Source: Antedon mediterranea | Lineage: Eukaryota > Animalia > Echinodermata | Reading direction: 5' to 3' | Assembly (NCBI RefSeq): GCF_964355755.1 | Contig: NC_092678.1 | Location: 884,422-948,421, forward strand | Length of the DNA stretch: 64,000 nucleotides | In this document: positions 53,494-64,000 of the stretch, piece after piece | Position numbering within the stretch: position 1 is the first letter of the stretch | Layout: each line of letters begins with the position of its first letter | Made by a program: the position numbers and the translations under genes | Notes under the pieces: model-generated | The model's input: the letters and a program-made list of their open reading frames with translations, nothing else | What the model was told of the DNA's origin: nothing | Database searches by the model: none

Positions 53494-56027
53494 TTATTTG
53501 GATTGAATACTTTGATGCTTAGCAACAACTTCAAAGTATTGAGGAGTGTAGGTTATACCTATAACAGGTTCAAAGCTTGGACGAGGACTGCATTCAGGAA
53601 GTTCAAAGGTGAAACTCTGAAGAAGTCTCGACGCAAATATGTAGATCTCCATTTTACCTAAACTTTCTCCCAAACATGAGCGTCTACCTACAACAAAATT
53701 ATGAAAACAGTTATATTTGATTTTTTTTTTAAACACACTGTCACAGCACATAACTGAATTGTGCATGTCTAACAATACTGTTCAATAATTTAATCACACT
53801 GTCACAGCACATAACTGAATTGTGCATGTCTAACAATACTGTTCAATAAACACACAGTCACAGCACATAACTGAATTGTGCATGTCTAACAATACTGTTC
53901 AATAATTTAATCACACTGTCACAGCACATAACTGAATTGTGCATGTCTAACAATACTGTTCAATAATTTAAACACACTGTCACAGCACATAACTGAATTG
54001 TGCATGTCTAACAATACTGTTCAATAATTTAATCAACACTAACAGATACAAACATAGAAATTTAAACTTTCCGCTTAGGTCAAGGGTCATATACTGTAGG
54101 CTACACACACACACCAATGGGCCACTTACAAAACATAACTATAGTATAACATTAAGGATAAATTTGTTAAACTAAAGCATTTAATAAACAAAAGATTAGA
54201 GGAATAAGACTTACCTACACCAAACGGCATAAGTATGTCGTGTTTGATGAAGGTCTTTCCGTCAGAATCCAGAAACCGATCTGGTTTAAACTCAGCAGGG
54301 TTTTCCCAATATTTTGGGTCCATGTGGATCAAAGATAGATTGATATTAAAAGTAGTATTAGCTGGTATATCATAGCCATTTACAACAGTATCAGCAGTAG
54401 TGTTGTGCGGGATAAGAACGGCTGCAATGTTGGATAGGCGTTGCACCTCACAAATTGTGGCTTCAAAATATGGTACTTTCGGTTTGTCTTGCAAGGTTAG
54501 GGGGCGCTCTCCACCAGTTGCGCTCTCTATCTCATCCTTGATCTAACAAAAGAAATTACATTTTTAAATGTTGTGAGTGTACTATTAACCATACAAATTT
54601 ACTGGAAATAATTTTTTTTCTTTATTTATATTATGATCTTGCACTTGATATATTCATCTTGACAACATAGCACACACTATACAAGACCTTTAGAAGAAGT
54701 AGTAGTTGTAGTCATTTAAAAACAAAATACTTACTCGTTGTTGGACATCAGGGTAACAGATCATGTAGAGTAGGAACCACATAATGGTACTTGTTGTAGT
54801 TTCTGTCCCAGCTAAAAATAGTCCCAAAATGGCACGCCATACGTCATTTATATCGTCTGAAGCGGTTTTGCCTCCCAAATTGGCAGATTTCCCCGCTGCA
54901 GAGGCGTCTTTTTTTGCATCAGAACTGCCGCTTTCCGTGTTAGGAGATTCTGTTTTCGCAGCATCGTTTTCAGCACTAGCATCTTGTTTGAATTGGAGCA
55001 GTAACATGTCAATAATGTCCCGGATATTATTTTCATCGAACGTATCAATGTGTTCTTTAACGTGTGATTTTAAAAATGCTATTATGTTGTTAACATATTT
55101 GTAACGCTTAGAATGAAACCGCATTAGAAATGGTATTGCTTCTTCTATGCGAGCAAAGTGCGTGTACTTAAAGTAAGCGTTTACGTCATCAAGAAGGTTT
55201 TGGAACTTAGGGTCGTCATACTCGTATCGTTTACCAAAACTCATAGAACATATAATATTAGATACAGCGTTTAAAACACATGTTAGAGGGTAGAATTTAC
55301 CTCCGTCTTCCTGTTGAATCGAATGACATAGTTGACGAGCTTCTACACTTATCTGTTCCTCAATACTTCTTTTACCCATTCCGAAAAATCGTAGACTTGT
55401 GACCAACCATCTTCGATGCCTTTTCCAATCCTCTCCATTTTCAAGTATAACACCACCTATCAAATGCAAGAACAATAATGACAAAAACAAACAAAAACAC
55501 CAATCTGTATTGCAGCAGCCTAGATAGTAATTACTAATATTATTAAAAGGCGACAATAGCTTTTCATACCACCTGGTGACCTACATCACGTGACTTTAGT
55601 GTAAATAAAATAGTATTTTACTACTACTAGGCCTAGGCCCCTACTTACCTTTTACACCAAACTTCTCTCTTACGCCTACTAGGTCAGCCCTATCCGAAAA
55701 AACATCACCTTGTTTAATTAGTAAATCCTTAGCAAGCTTTGCATCATTAACAATGACATTCCTTTTAGAGCCTATGTAGAAAGTGACAATCGGACCGTAT
55801 TGTTTAGCCCACTTCTTAAAAGTACCGATAGGATTCGAACGGTCGATCCACGGGATTGAACCGATTACAGGTAGCCTTGGTGGACCAGGTGGTAACTTTA
55901 GTAGGCCTTCGCTTTGACTTTGAGTATATATGATAAATACAGCCGTTAATAGTAGAATTATAAGACAAAGTGTAAAGCTGTTAATATTCTGAAGATAACC
56001 TTGAAACAAGTATAATGTCTCCACCAT
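53494..56027 (-). CDS. Cytochrome P450, clan 2 (CYP2-like), copy A, about 540 aa
   Basis: Exons 56027-55649, 55456-54735, 54542-54215, 53687-53494. N-terminal TM, LPPGP hinge, WKRHR, I-helix AGTETT, EVQR, PDRF, heme motif FGVGRRSC. Confidence 0.95.
53733..54035. repeat. About 60-bp tandem repeat, 5 copies, in CYP-A intron 3
   Basis: Unit cacactgtcacagcacataactgaattgtgcatgtctaacaatactgttcaataatttaa. Confidence 0.95.
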
Positions 56028-56796
56028 TATTTAGATAGAAAATAAAATCATGAAAGCATACAAAACTTTTCAGGTGGTACGTCAGCGTCTAAAAAACTTT
56101 TCTCCCGGGTATGGAACGGAAAATATATGGTGCGCTATACATGAAAAAATTAACAGAGCGGAAGAGGGCGTGCTATTCAATATTTCAACTATCAGAGAGG
56201 TGATATTAAGCCGAAGCTTTATAAGATAATATTTGCTTTCGACCCATTTTGGGATGATTTTGATAACCTTTTGTGACGTCGATGAAAGAAAGATTTCAAT
56301 TTGGAAATTGTGGATTTATCAAAACAAAAGTAATATCTTTTGATGTTATATAGATACATAATAAGCACATTTAAAAAAAATATGTACAGCTTGTATCGCG
56401 AATGTTATTTTGTACACTTTATTGAATGGTTAGTAACGACTATTCAATATTATATTTTAATGTACACAATATTAATTCAACATTTATTAATTTCTATCAA
56501 TGGTGTACAATGGTAAAAACAAAAGAAACAAATCGTAATATATAATTAAACAATTCACAACAATACCATCATTAAAAAAAGTTTAAAAGGTCATGACAAT
56601 AACATTTAAGTTTAAAGGTCTAATTCGAATACAATAGGTCACTTGTTTAAAAAAAGTCTATAACCTACAAGAAAATATAATAATTTAAATGAATACTGAA
56701 AACGTAGGTTACACACACAAATGAACAGCAAACTTGAAATGTGATGCGTCAAAATACTGATGCGCACGCGTCCTGCGCATCCAGTCTCTATGTCGC

Positions 56797-56862
56797 ATTT
56801 ATTTTTTTTTTCTCTCTCATTTTTATAGCGCACATACCACTCAAGAGTGCTCAAGGCGCATT
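56797..56862 (-). mobile_element. Probable 3' tail of an L2/CR1-type LINE or SINE
   Basis: Minus strand gcgccttgagcac...gtgcgctataaaaa followed by an A-rich tail; resembles L2-clade 3' ends. Confidence 0.4.
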
Positions 56863-57176
56863 CAAAAAAATAAAAACAAATCATACAAATGCCTGACAAA
56901 TAAAATGCAATTTCTTTGGAGGGTCCCCATCCGTTCTCGTTCTGTCGCGGTCCCGGACCCCTACCTAGGTGACCAAACAAAGGAACAGGATACACATTTG
57001 CCTTGCCACAGACGACCGGGTGCTCAGAGACAACAACCAAGACAGAGGCACCCCAAAGATAATGCTGGCCAGGAAAAAGTATACTATAAAATTCTAGAAC
57101 TTTAAGAAACCTCATTATTTCCATATGCCTTAATGAATAAATGTGTTTTTAATAATTTTTTAAAAGTATCAACAGT

Positions 57177-60130
57177 TTATCGTGGTGTTGCTATGATCTC
57201 ATAGTATTGAGGACATTGAGTGATCCCTGTAATCGGTTCAAAACTAGGCTGTGGGACTCCTTCTGGAAGTTCAAAATCATATCGCTGAAGAAGTCTTGAC
57301 AGGAATATGTAGAGTTCCATTTTAGCGAGATTTTCACCAAGACAAGCTCGTCGACCTGAATGACAACAATAATATAATAAATTCAATTAAATCAATTTAA
57401 TCTAAGTTCAGTAAATTGCATTACTGTACACTGCTAGCTCAATTGTAGGCTACTATCAATGACGAATGAGGTTAGAAAATAAAAAATTCCAAAAGGATAC
57501 CGTACCTAGACCAAAAGGATACCGTACCTAGACCAAAAGGATACCGTACCTAGACCAAAAGGCATGAATGCCTCTTGCTTTACAAACATCGCTTCATCGT
57601 CATCAAGGAATCTTTCAGGTTTAAATTCCAACGGGTTTTCCCAGTATTTTGGATCAGTGTGAATGGAAGTTAAATTCAGATTGAAGTTGGTATTCGCTGG
57701 TATATCGTATCCATTGACGACGAAATCGGCGCTTGTGCAGTGAGCCAAGAGCGCAGGCGCAACATTCGACAAGCGTTGCACTTCACAGATCGTTGCTTCA
57801 AAATATGGAACTTTTAGTTTGTCTCCTGATGTTAGTGATCGCTCCTTTCCAGTAGCTGTATCAATTTCTTGTTGGATCTATAAGATAACGATTTGAATCA
57901 TTATTATTAGGCTATTTTATTGCATCTTAAAGAAGAGATAAAGGGTTGTTGAATTAGGCCTAGGCCCATGTTTAAATACTAATTTTGTATTTATTATTTT
58001 GTTTGCATAATGTAAGATCGGCTGTTACAATGCAATAATAAGTACCGATACATAATGGTTTAGTGTTCGCTGTACGTTATAACTACGGTATACTACGGTA
58101 CGTCATTATTGAGAAGCAAGCCGGTAACTAACCCGTTGTTGTATCGCTGGATAGCAAACCATGTACTGAAGAAACCATAGAATTGTACTAGTTGAAGTGT
58201 CTGTTCCCGCCAAAAAGATCATCAGAATTGCGCGCCAAAGAGACTCCACATCGTCCGTTTTGTTCACAGCAGACGATTTTCCCAACCTGCTTAAAGTCTG
58301 CTCTTCTTCAACCGATTCTTGCTCACTTTGCAACAGCAACATATCAATCAGATCCCGTATGTTGTTTTTATCGAAGTTTTTTTTATGTTCTTTCATATGA
58401 GAATTGAAAAACTCGATAATATTCGCAACATGTTGTCTTCTTTTAACAAATAGTTTCATGATTAGAGGCAAAAGTTCCTCAATTCTACCAAAATGTGAAT
58501 AGCTGAAAAATGCGTTTACATCTTCAAGAAGTCCTTGGAATTTAGAATCGTCATATTCATATCTTTTACCAAAACTAATTGAACATATTATATTGGAAAC
58601 CGCATTTTCGATGTATTTTTTAGGAAAGAATTTTCCAGATTCTTGATCAATTTCATGGCATAGTTTGTCAGCTTCTGTACTAATTTGTTCTTCAATACTT
58701 CTTTTACCCAATCCAAAATGGCGGAGACCGGTCACGATCCATCTTCTATGAGTTTTCCAAGCGATCCCGTTTTCAAGAGCAAGGCTTCCTAAAAAATAAT
58801 AATCAATAAAGTTTTTATTTTGTTGACGTTATGGTTACTAAATGTCTAAAAAGATTTCATTACGCAGACGTTAAGCTTGGTTCCCACTAGGAAGCAACGC
58901 AATAGAGCAACGCAAGCGAGTTGACCAATCACAAACGAAAATTCAAATAATCCATTGGTTTTGATTGGTTAAATTACTTACGTCGCGCTTACGTCGTTGC
59001 GTTACGTTCTAGTAGGAACCAAAGCTTTACTACTGCTTTAATAAAGTATGAAAATCGAATTCATTAAATAATATTTAATTTGACCCTAAAAATGGATTCT
59101 CTGTTATTGATGAAATATTACTTTGCAATGATAACCTCCAACTATAAACGTTTCTTGTTTATTAAGCCTTGTCTAGACATCAAACTTTATGTGACAACAA
59201 AATGTGATGAAACCATATATGGACATGCTTTGTCATATCACTACCATATTTGGGAACATCACTACCATATTTGGAAACATCACTACCATATTTGGGAACA
59301 TCACACTTGTTTTGTCAAACTATTTCAAGTCTCCCGGAAAGTTATCACTTCATTTTGCGGATATCATTTAATACTCAGGTATCCCGTCGATCAGAAGAAT
59401 GCGGATTTAGACTCAGTATGTCCTTCACGAAAGCAAGGAACACGTAATTTAGATATTAAAATAATTATTATTTTTTATCATACTGTGTAACCAAAAGAGA
59501 CAACAATCGAGCACAAACATTTTCCCTGTAATATTGTATATAATAAATGTGATAAAATCTATCTACCTATTATCATCATCATTATCTAATTATTTTTAAG
59601 AGTTATTGTTAAAGTACTATTGTTCTAATATTAAATCTATTGTTTTCTTTCACGTCTTTCCTCCTTTTTAAGAATACAGTCTAATTAGGATCTAAATAAT
59701 TAAGTCACTACCTAGCTTACTAAGTTAAGTATTGTTGGTTGTAAAGTGTTGTTTTCTCACCTTCAACTCCCCAATTCATCCGAGCCGCCAGAATATCCGC
59801 TCGTTGTGAAAACACGTCTGCATGTTTTATCAGCAATTCTCGTGCTAATTTAGCGTCATTTACCAAAACAGACCGCCTAGAACCAATGTAATACGTCACA
59901 ATCGGTCCGTAGTCTTTGGTCCAACTGGCTAGCGATTTCACAGGATTTTTACGGTCTATCCATGGAATCGAACCCAGTATCGGTACAGCAGGCGGTCCAG
60001 GAGGTAGATTCAGTTTACGTTTCCGCTTTGTTAAATAAATGATTGATAAGAATGCGAGTAAACAAACAACGATTAAGGTAGGATTCAGGTACAAGTTTGG
60101 AATCTCCGAAAAAAAATGTTGTTCTTCCAT
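57177..60130 (-). CDS. Cytochrome P450, clan 2 (CYP2-like), copy B, about 510 aa
   Basis: Exons 60130-59761, 58788-58133, 57877-57550, 57355-57177. LPPGP, AGTDTS, EVQR, PERF, heme motif FGLGRRAC. Same intron positions as copy A. Confidence 0.95.
58874..59026. mobile_element. MITE family A, full copy in CYP-B intron 1
   Basis: agcttggttcccactag...ctagtaggaaccaaagct termini. Confidence 0.8.
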
Positions 60131-60466
60131 AATGGTGGAATGGCGTATAAAGAACTCGAGACTTTAAGTGAGTGCTTCACACCTGTAGGCCTAATGATAC
60201 ACGGTGTATTGTTGGCTCAATCAATCAATCAATCCGAACAGAGTTCTTCAGATTAACAATGTATTATTTGCTTGATTGGACCATTGACCGGAATTACGTA
60301 AAGATCTTAATGACGACAATACTATCAACCTTGGAAGACTATTCATTTATTTACCAAATACGTATAGCTTACAATAGTAGTGAGAATTAATTAATTTAAT
60401 CACAAAACAAAATGTGTGTACACTACAATATACGGTTTGCAAATAGTATCTGCGCATTGCGTTAAA

Positions 60467-60657
60467 GGCTTCGGTTTACACGTACTTAAATTGCACGCAA
60501 CGCAACGACGTAGGCACAACGCAACACGTGAATTTACCAATCGCAATCGCGTGATTGGTAAAATTACTTGCGTTGAGCTAGCTTCTTCGTCACGTCCTTG
60601 TATTGCGCGTACCCCTTGCGTTGTGCGTACGTCATTGCGTTACGTATGAACCAAGCT
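60467..60657. mobile_element. MITE family A relative between CYP-B and ST8Sia
   Basis: cttcggtttacacgta...tacgtatgaaccaag termini, with the internal palindrome ttaccaatcgcaatcgcgtgattggtaa. Confidence 0.6.
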
Positions 60658-60676
60658 GTAGACGGACAACAATCAA

Positions 60677-61772
60677 TCAGATAGCACATTTGTCTGTAAC
60701 CATTCGAACGTAGCCCTGTTTATTTATCTCTACCAGTTTCTTATATTCACTCGGCATGTTGTGAGAGTTATTAAATTTACGAATAGATCTTCCGTCGTAG
60801 TGAAATGTAATTGTTCTTCCGTCAGGTGCAGTGTCGAACGGATAAAATCCATACAATGATATCATATCGCAAAACGGTAATGCTACTGTGTACAGATACA
60901 GCCCCGATGACGGACTGTTTGTAGCGCTCCAAAATCTAAAAAAAAAAAACAGAAATGAAATATGCAAATACATCGTGTAATGCAACAAACTGGAGAAAAC
61001 ATTTGGAAAAGGAAAAAGTCATGGTGCAGAATGCGGACACAGACGCGATATTCTTATGTGGAGATAATCAATAATTAAACAGAACAGAACATTATCATGA
61101 CTATCTCATTGTGTCGTCAAATCCTTCCAATAAAATTGGTTTGGTAACTATGGCTACACGTTACGTTATTCTTACCGTTTCAGCAAGGGCTGTAAATTCC
61201 TGAACGGCGGGTACGCGATTAAATTATCCAAGTGATGCTTTCGAAAAATGTCTACCAATGTCTTGTAATCGGCTCTGCGCAAACGCGATTTTGAAAACCA
61301 AATAACAGCGTTTGGAAACTCGCGAAACCTTTCAATTCGAAATTTTGGATCACACGACTTATCGTCACTTTTAACGCAGTATAGTAGACGTCTTGATCCA
61401 AAGCCGTTGTTAGTCATTACGTTTGTTTTGTTGCCAACATCATTCACAAATTCTTTTATTGGAGCCAAGTTTGATCTCATCACAAAATCATGTGCGTCAA
61501 TTTCAGCGCCACATCCACTGTTTAGCAGAATCCCACCATTACCTATGACTGCGCATGTGCGTTGTGGTGCAATTGTTTTTGCGTTACTTTTCAAGCTCTT
61601 TTTTTCGTGATAGTGCCTTGAAGGCCTCTTTCTTGTCAGCTTCTTTCTTGTCAGCTTTTTTCCGGTTGCTGTATTGCCATTTAATACAGTAGTGACATAT
61701 TTGATTGGTTTGTCTATTTGATTATCCGGTATGAGTATACTGGAAGAAAATCCTTCTTTCTTTGCTCTGGTT
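60677..61772 (-). CDS. ST8SIA: Alpha-2,8-sialyltransferase (GT29, ST8Sia family), 3' two exons; N-terminal TM exon not found in this window
   Basis: Exons 61772-61176 and 60935-60677, phase 2. Sialylmotif L (TCAVIGNGGILLNSGCGAEIDAHDFVMRSNL...DVGNKT), S (PSSGLYLYTVALPFCDMISLYGFYPF), VS (HNMPSEY) and the ST8-typical C-terminal Cys (DKCAI). Confidence 0.9.
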
Positions 61773-62104
61773 CTGAAATTGAATAAGAAAGTAATTATTA
61801 TGAACATCTAACAATCGAATGTCCGGTTTAGACACATTATATTTACCTTAGTTCTAACACTTTTTTTAAATTGATGGTTTTCTTAAACTTGGCTTCAAGA
61901 AGTGTTGTTAGATTTTTAATAGTCGGTTCTCTTGAAAGTCTGTGAAAAAGTTTACACATTATCAATAAATGTATTATTATTAATAAACTTAAACAAATTA
62001 TCTAAACTGCGTGCGTATGTGCGTGCGACGTGCGCTAGATGCAATTGTGCGAGTCAGAAATGTGTCTTTGAGATAATTTTCTAGCACTAGATGGCACGCT
62101 CGCT

Positions 62105-64000
62105 TCGCTCGCGTACCATCTAGGTCGTGCCCACAGATGGTTCTCGAATACACAGTATTTCAAGCGCGAAAAAAATGGAGATTTCAAATGTACGTACCGC
62201 AGGACTATAATACATTGTCGTTTACAGAAACGAATAGATATACACAATGATTTATGTAGTCAACCAAAATTAGCACCCTGGGAATTACTTCCGAGAGAGA
62301 AACAAAATGAGTCAAATTTTTTTATTTGGACTCATTTAAAAAAACCCAATTTGTGTTTTGTATGTAACATTAAGGGTTGAGGGATGGGGGAAGAAGATAG
62401 GTACAAAGAGGAAACATTTTAAAATATATTCTTATCCACTCAGTAACGAAATATTGTTTTTAATGTTTTATAGGCCTATAAATAATATACCACTAAATAC
62501 AGTAAAACATTTGCGATTTAATACGGTACTTTGTTAGAACTGTCACTGTCATAGTCGATTGAAATAGTAAAGTACATGTGTTACGATACACCACTACGAC
62601 GTTTATATATTTTTAAATTATTAATTAATACAAACGTTGAGAAGCAACTGTCAGTAATAACGTTTATTTATTTGTATATTATATGTTTATAATCTAACAG
62701 TAGGGCCTACCACTCACAGTAATAAAGTTTATTTGTATATATTTTTATATTACATCTAACAGTACCAACACTCACAGTAAGAAATTTGCGATTCAAATTG
62801 CGATCAAAAGTGGTTAATACCTTAACAGTATTGTACAGCATTGCAATACTATTTATGTTTATTCTCCAAGGGGGCCCATAAATCTAAATCTATACCTCTA
62901 TGGTTAAACCAAATAATTTGGAATGTTTATTTGTATATTATATGTTTATAATCTAACAGTAGGGCCTACCACTCACAGTAATAAAGTTTATTTGTATATA
63001 TTTTTATATTATATCTAACAGTACCAACACTCACAGTAAGAAATTTGCGATTCAAATTGCGATCAAAAGTGGTTAATACCTTAACAGTATTGTACAGCAT
63101 TGCAATACTATTTATGTTTATTCTCCAAGGGGGCCCGCCCATAAATCTAAATCTATACCTCTATGGTTAAACCAAATAATTTGGAATGTTTATTTGTATA
63201 TTATATGTTTATAATCTAACAGTAGGGCCTACCCACACTCACAGTAATAAAGTTTATTTGTATATATTTTTATATTACATCTAACAGTACCAACACTCAC
63301 AGTAAGACATTTGCGATTCAAATTGCGATCAAAAGTGGTTAATACCTTAACAGTATTGTACAGCATTGCAATACTATTTATGTTTATTCTCCAAGGGGGC
63401 CCATAAATCTAAATCTATACCTGTATGGTTAAACCAAATAATTTGGAATGTTCCATTCATCACAAATCAATACATTTGTAAAAACGTATATTAAATGTAT
63501 CAAAATAGTATTTTTTAAAGAAAATCGGCCTGTCTTCAACATTATGATGCTGTACTCGAACTGTTCAACCGGTTTTCAGCTATTAAAAACAATTATCGTA
63601 GGAGGAGATAGGAAAATGCGAAGCCTCCTCGCTCGCGTACCATCTAGGTCGTGCCCACAGATGGTTCTCGAATACACAGTATTTCCAGCGCGAAAAAAAT
63701 GGAGATTTCAAATGTACGTACCGCAGGACTATAATACATTGTCGTTTACAGAAACGAATAGATATACACAATGATTTATGTAGTCAACCAAAATTAGCAC
63801 CCTGGGAATTACTTCCGAGAGAGAAACAAAATGAGTCAAATTTTTTTATTTGGACTCATTTAAAAAAACCCAATTTGTGTTTTGTATGTAACATTAAGGG
63901 TTGAGGGATGGGGGAAGAAGATAGGTACAAAGAGGAAACATTTTAAAATATATTCTTATCCACTCAGTAACGAAATATTGTTTTTAATGTTTTATAGGCC
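62105..64000. repeat. Direct repeat of at least 370 bp (62105-62476 and 63629-64000)
   Basis: Near-identical sequence 1524 bp apart; the second copy runs to the window edge. Confidence 0.9.
62665..63452. repeat. About 260-bp tandem repeat, 3 copies
   Basis: Unit runs tttatttgtatattatatgtttataatctaacagtagggcctacc...ggttaaaccaaataatttggaatg. Confidence 0.95.

Noticed and set aside
56639-57124. 161-aa minus-strand ORF between the two CYPs
   Set aside because: No P450 or other motif; it overlaps a probable retroelement tail and the CYP-B 3' UTR.

Overview
AT-rich, intron-containing animal genomic DNA, not prokaryotic; an invertebrate deuterostome such as an echinoderm is plausible from the ST8Sia and SRCR genes, but that is inference. 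I assembled gene models by hand from GT-AG junctions and checked reading-frame phase. From left to right: the 5' part of a secreted/membrane SRCR-domain gene (-); a complete 18-coding-exon RAD54L2/ARIP4 SNF2 helicase (-); a satellite-rich block; two tandem small genes (+) that the ORF track does not assemble, each signal peptide + single EGF + TM + cytoplasmic tail with two PY motifs; an Ariadne-like RBR E3 ligase with a long unrecognised N-terminus (+); two tandem 4-exon clan-2 cytochrome P450s (-); and the 3' exons of an alpha-2,8-sialyltransferase (-). Non-coding DNA is dense in MITE families (Tourist-like and TTAA/Kolobok-like), a mini Helentron-type element and many minisatellites. The best candidates for novelty are the EGF-TM-PY gene pair next to an atypical RBR ligase, recurrent tandem duplications centred on exon 3' ends, and a 99-bp fold-back in the likely RAD54L2 3' UTR.
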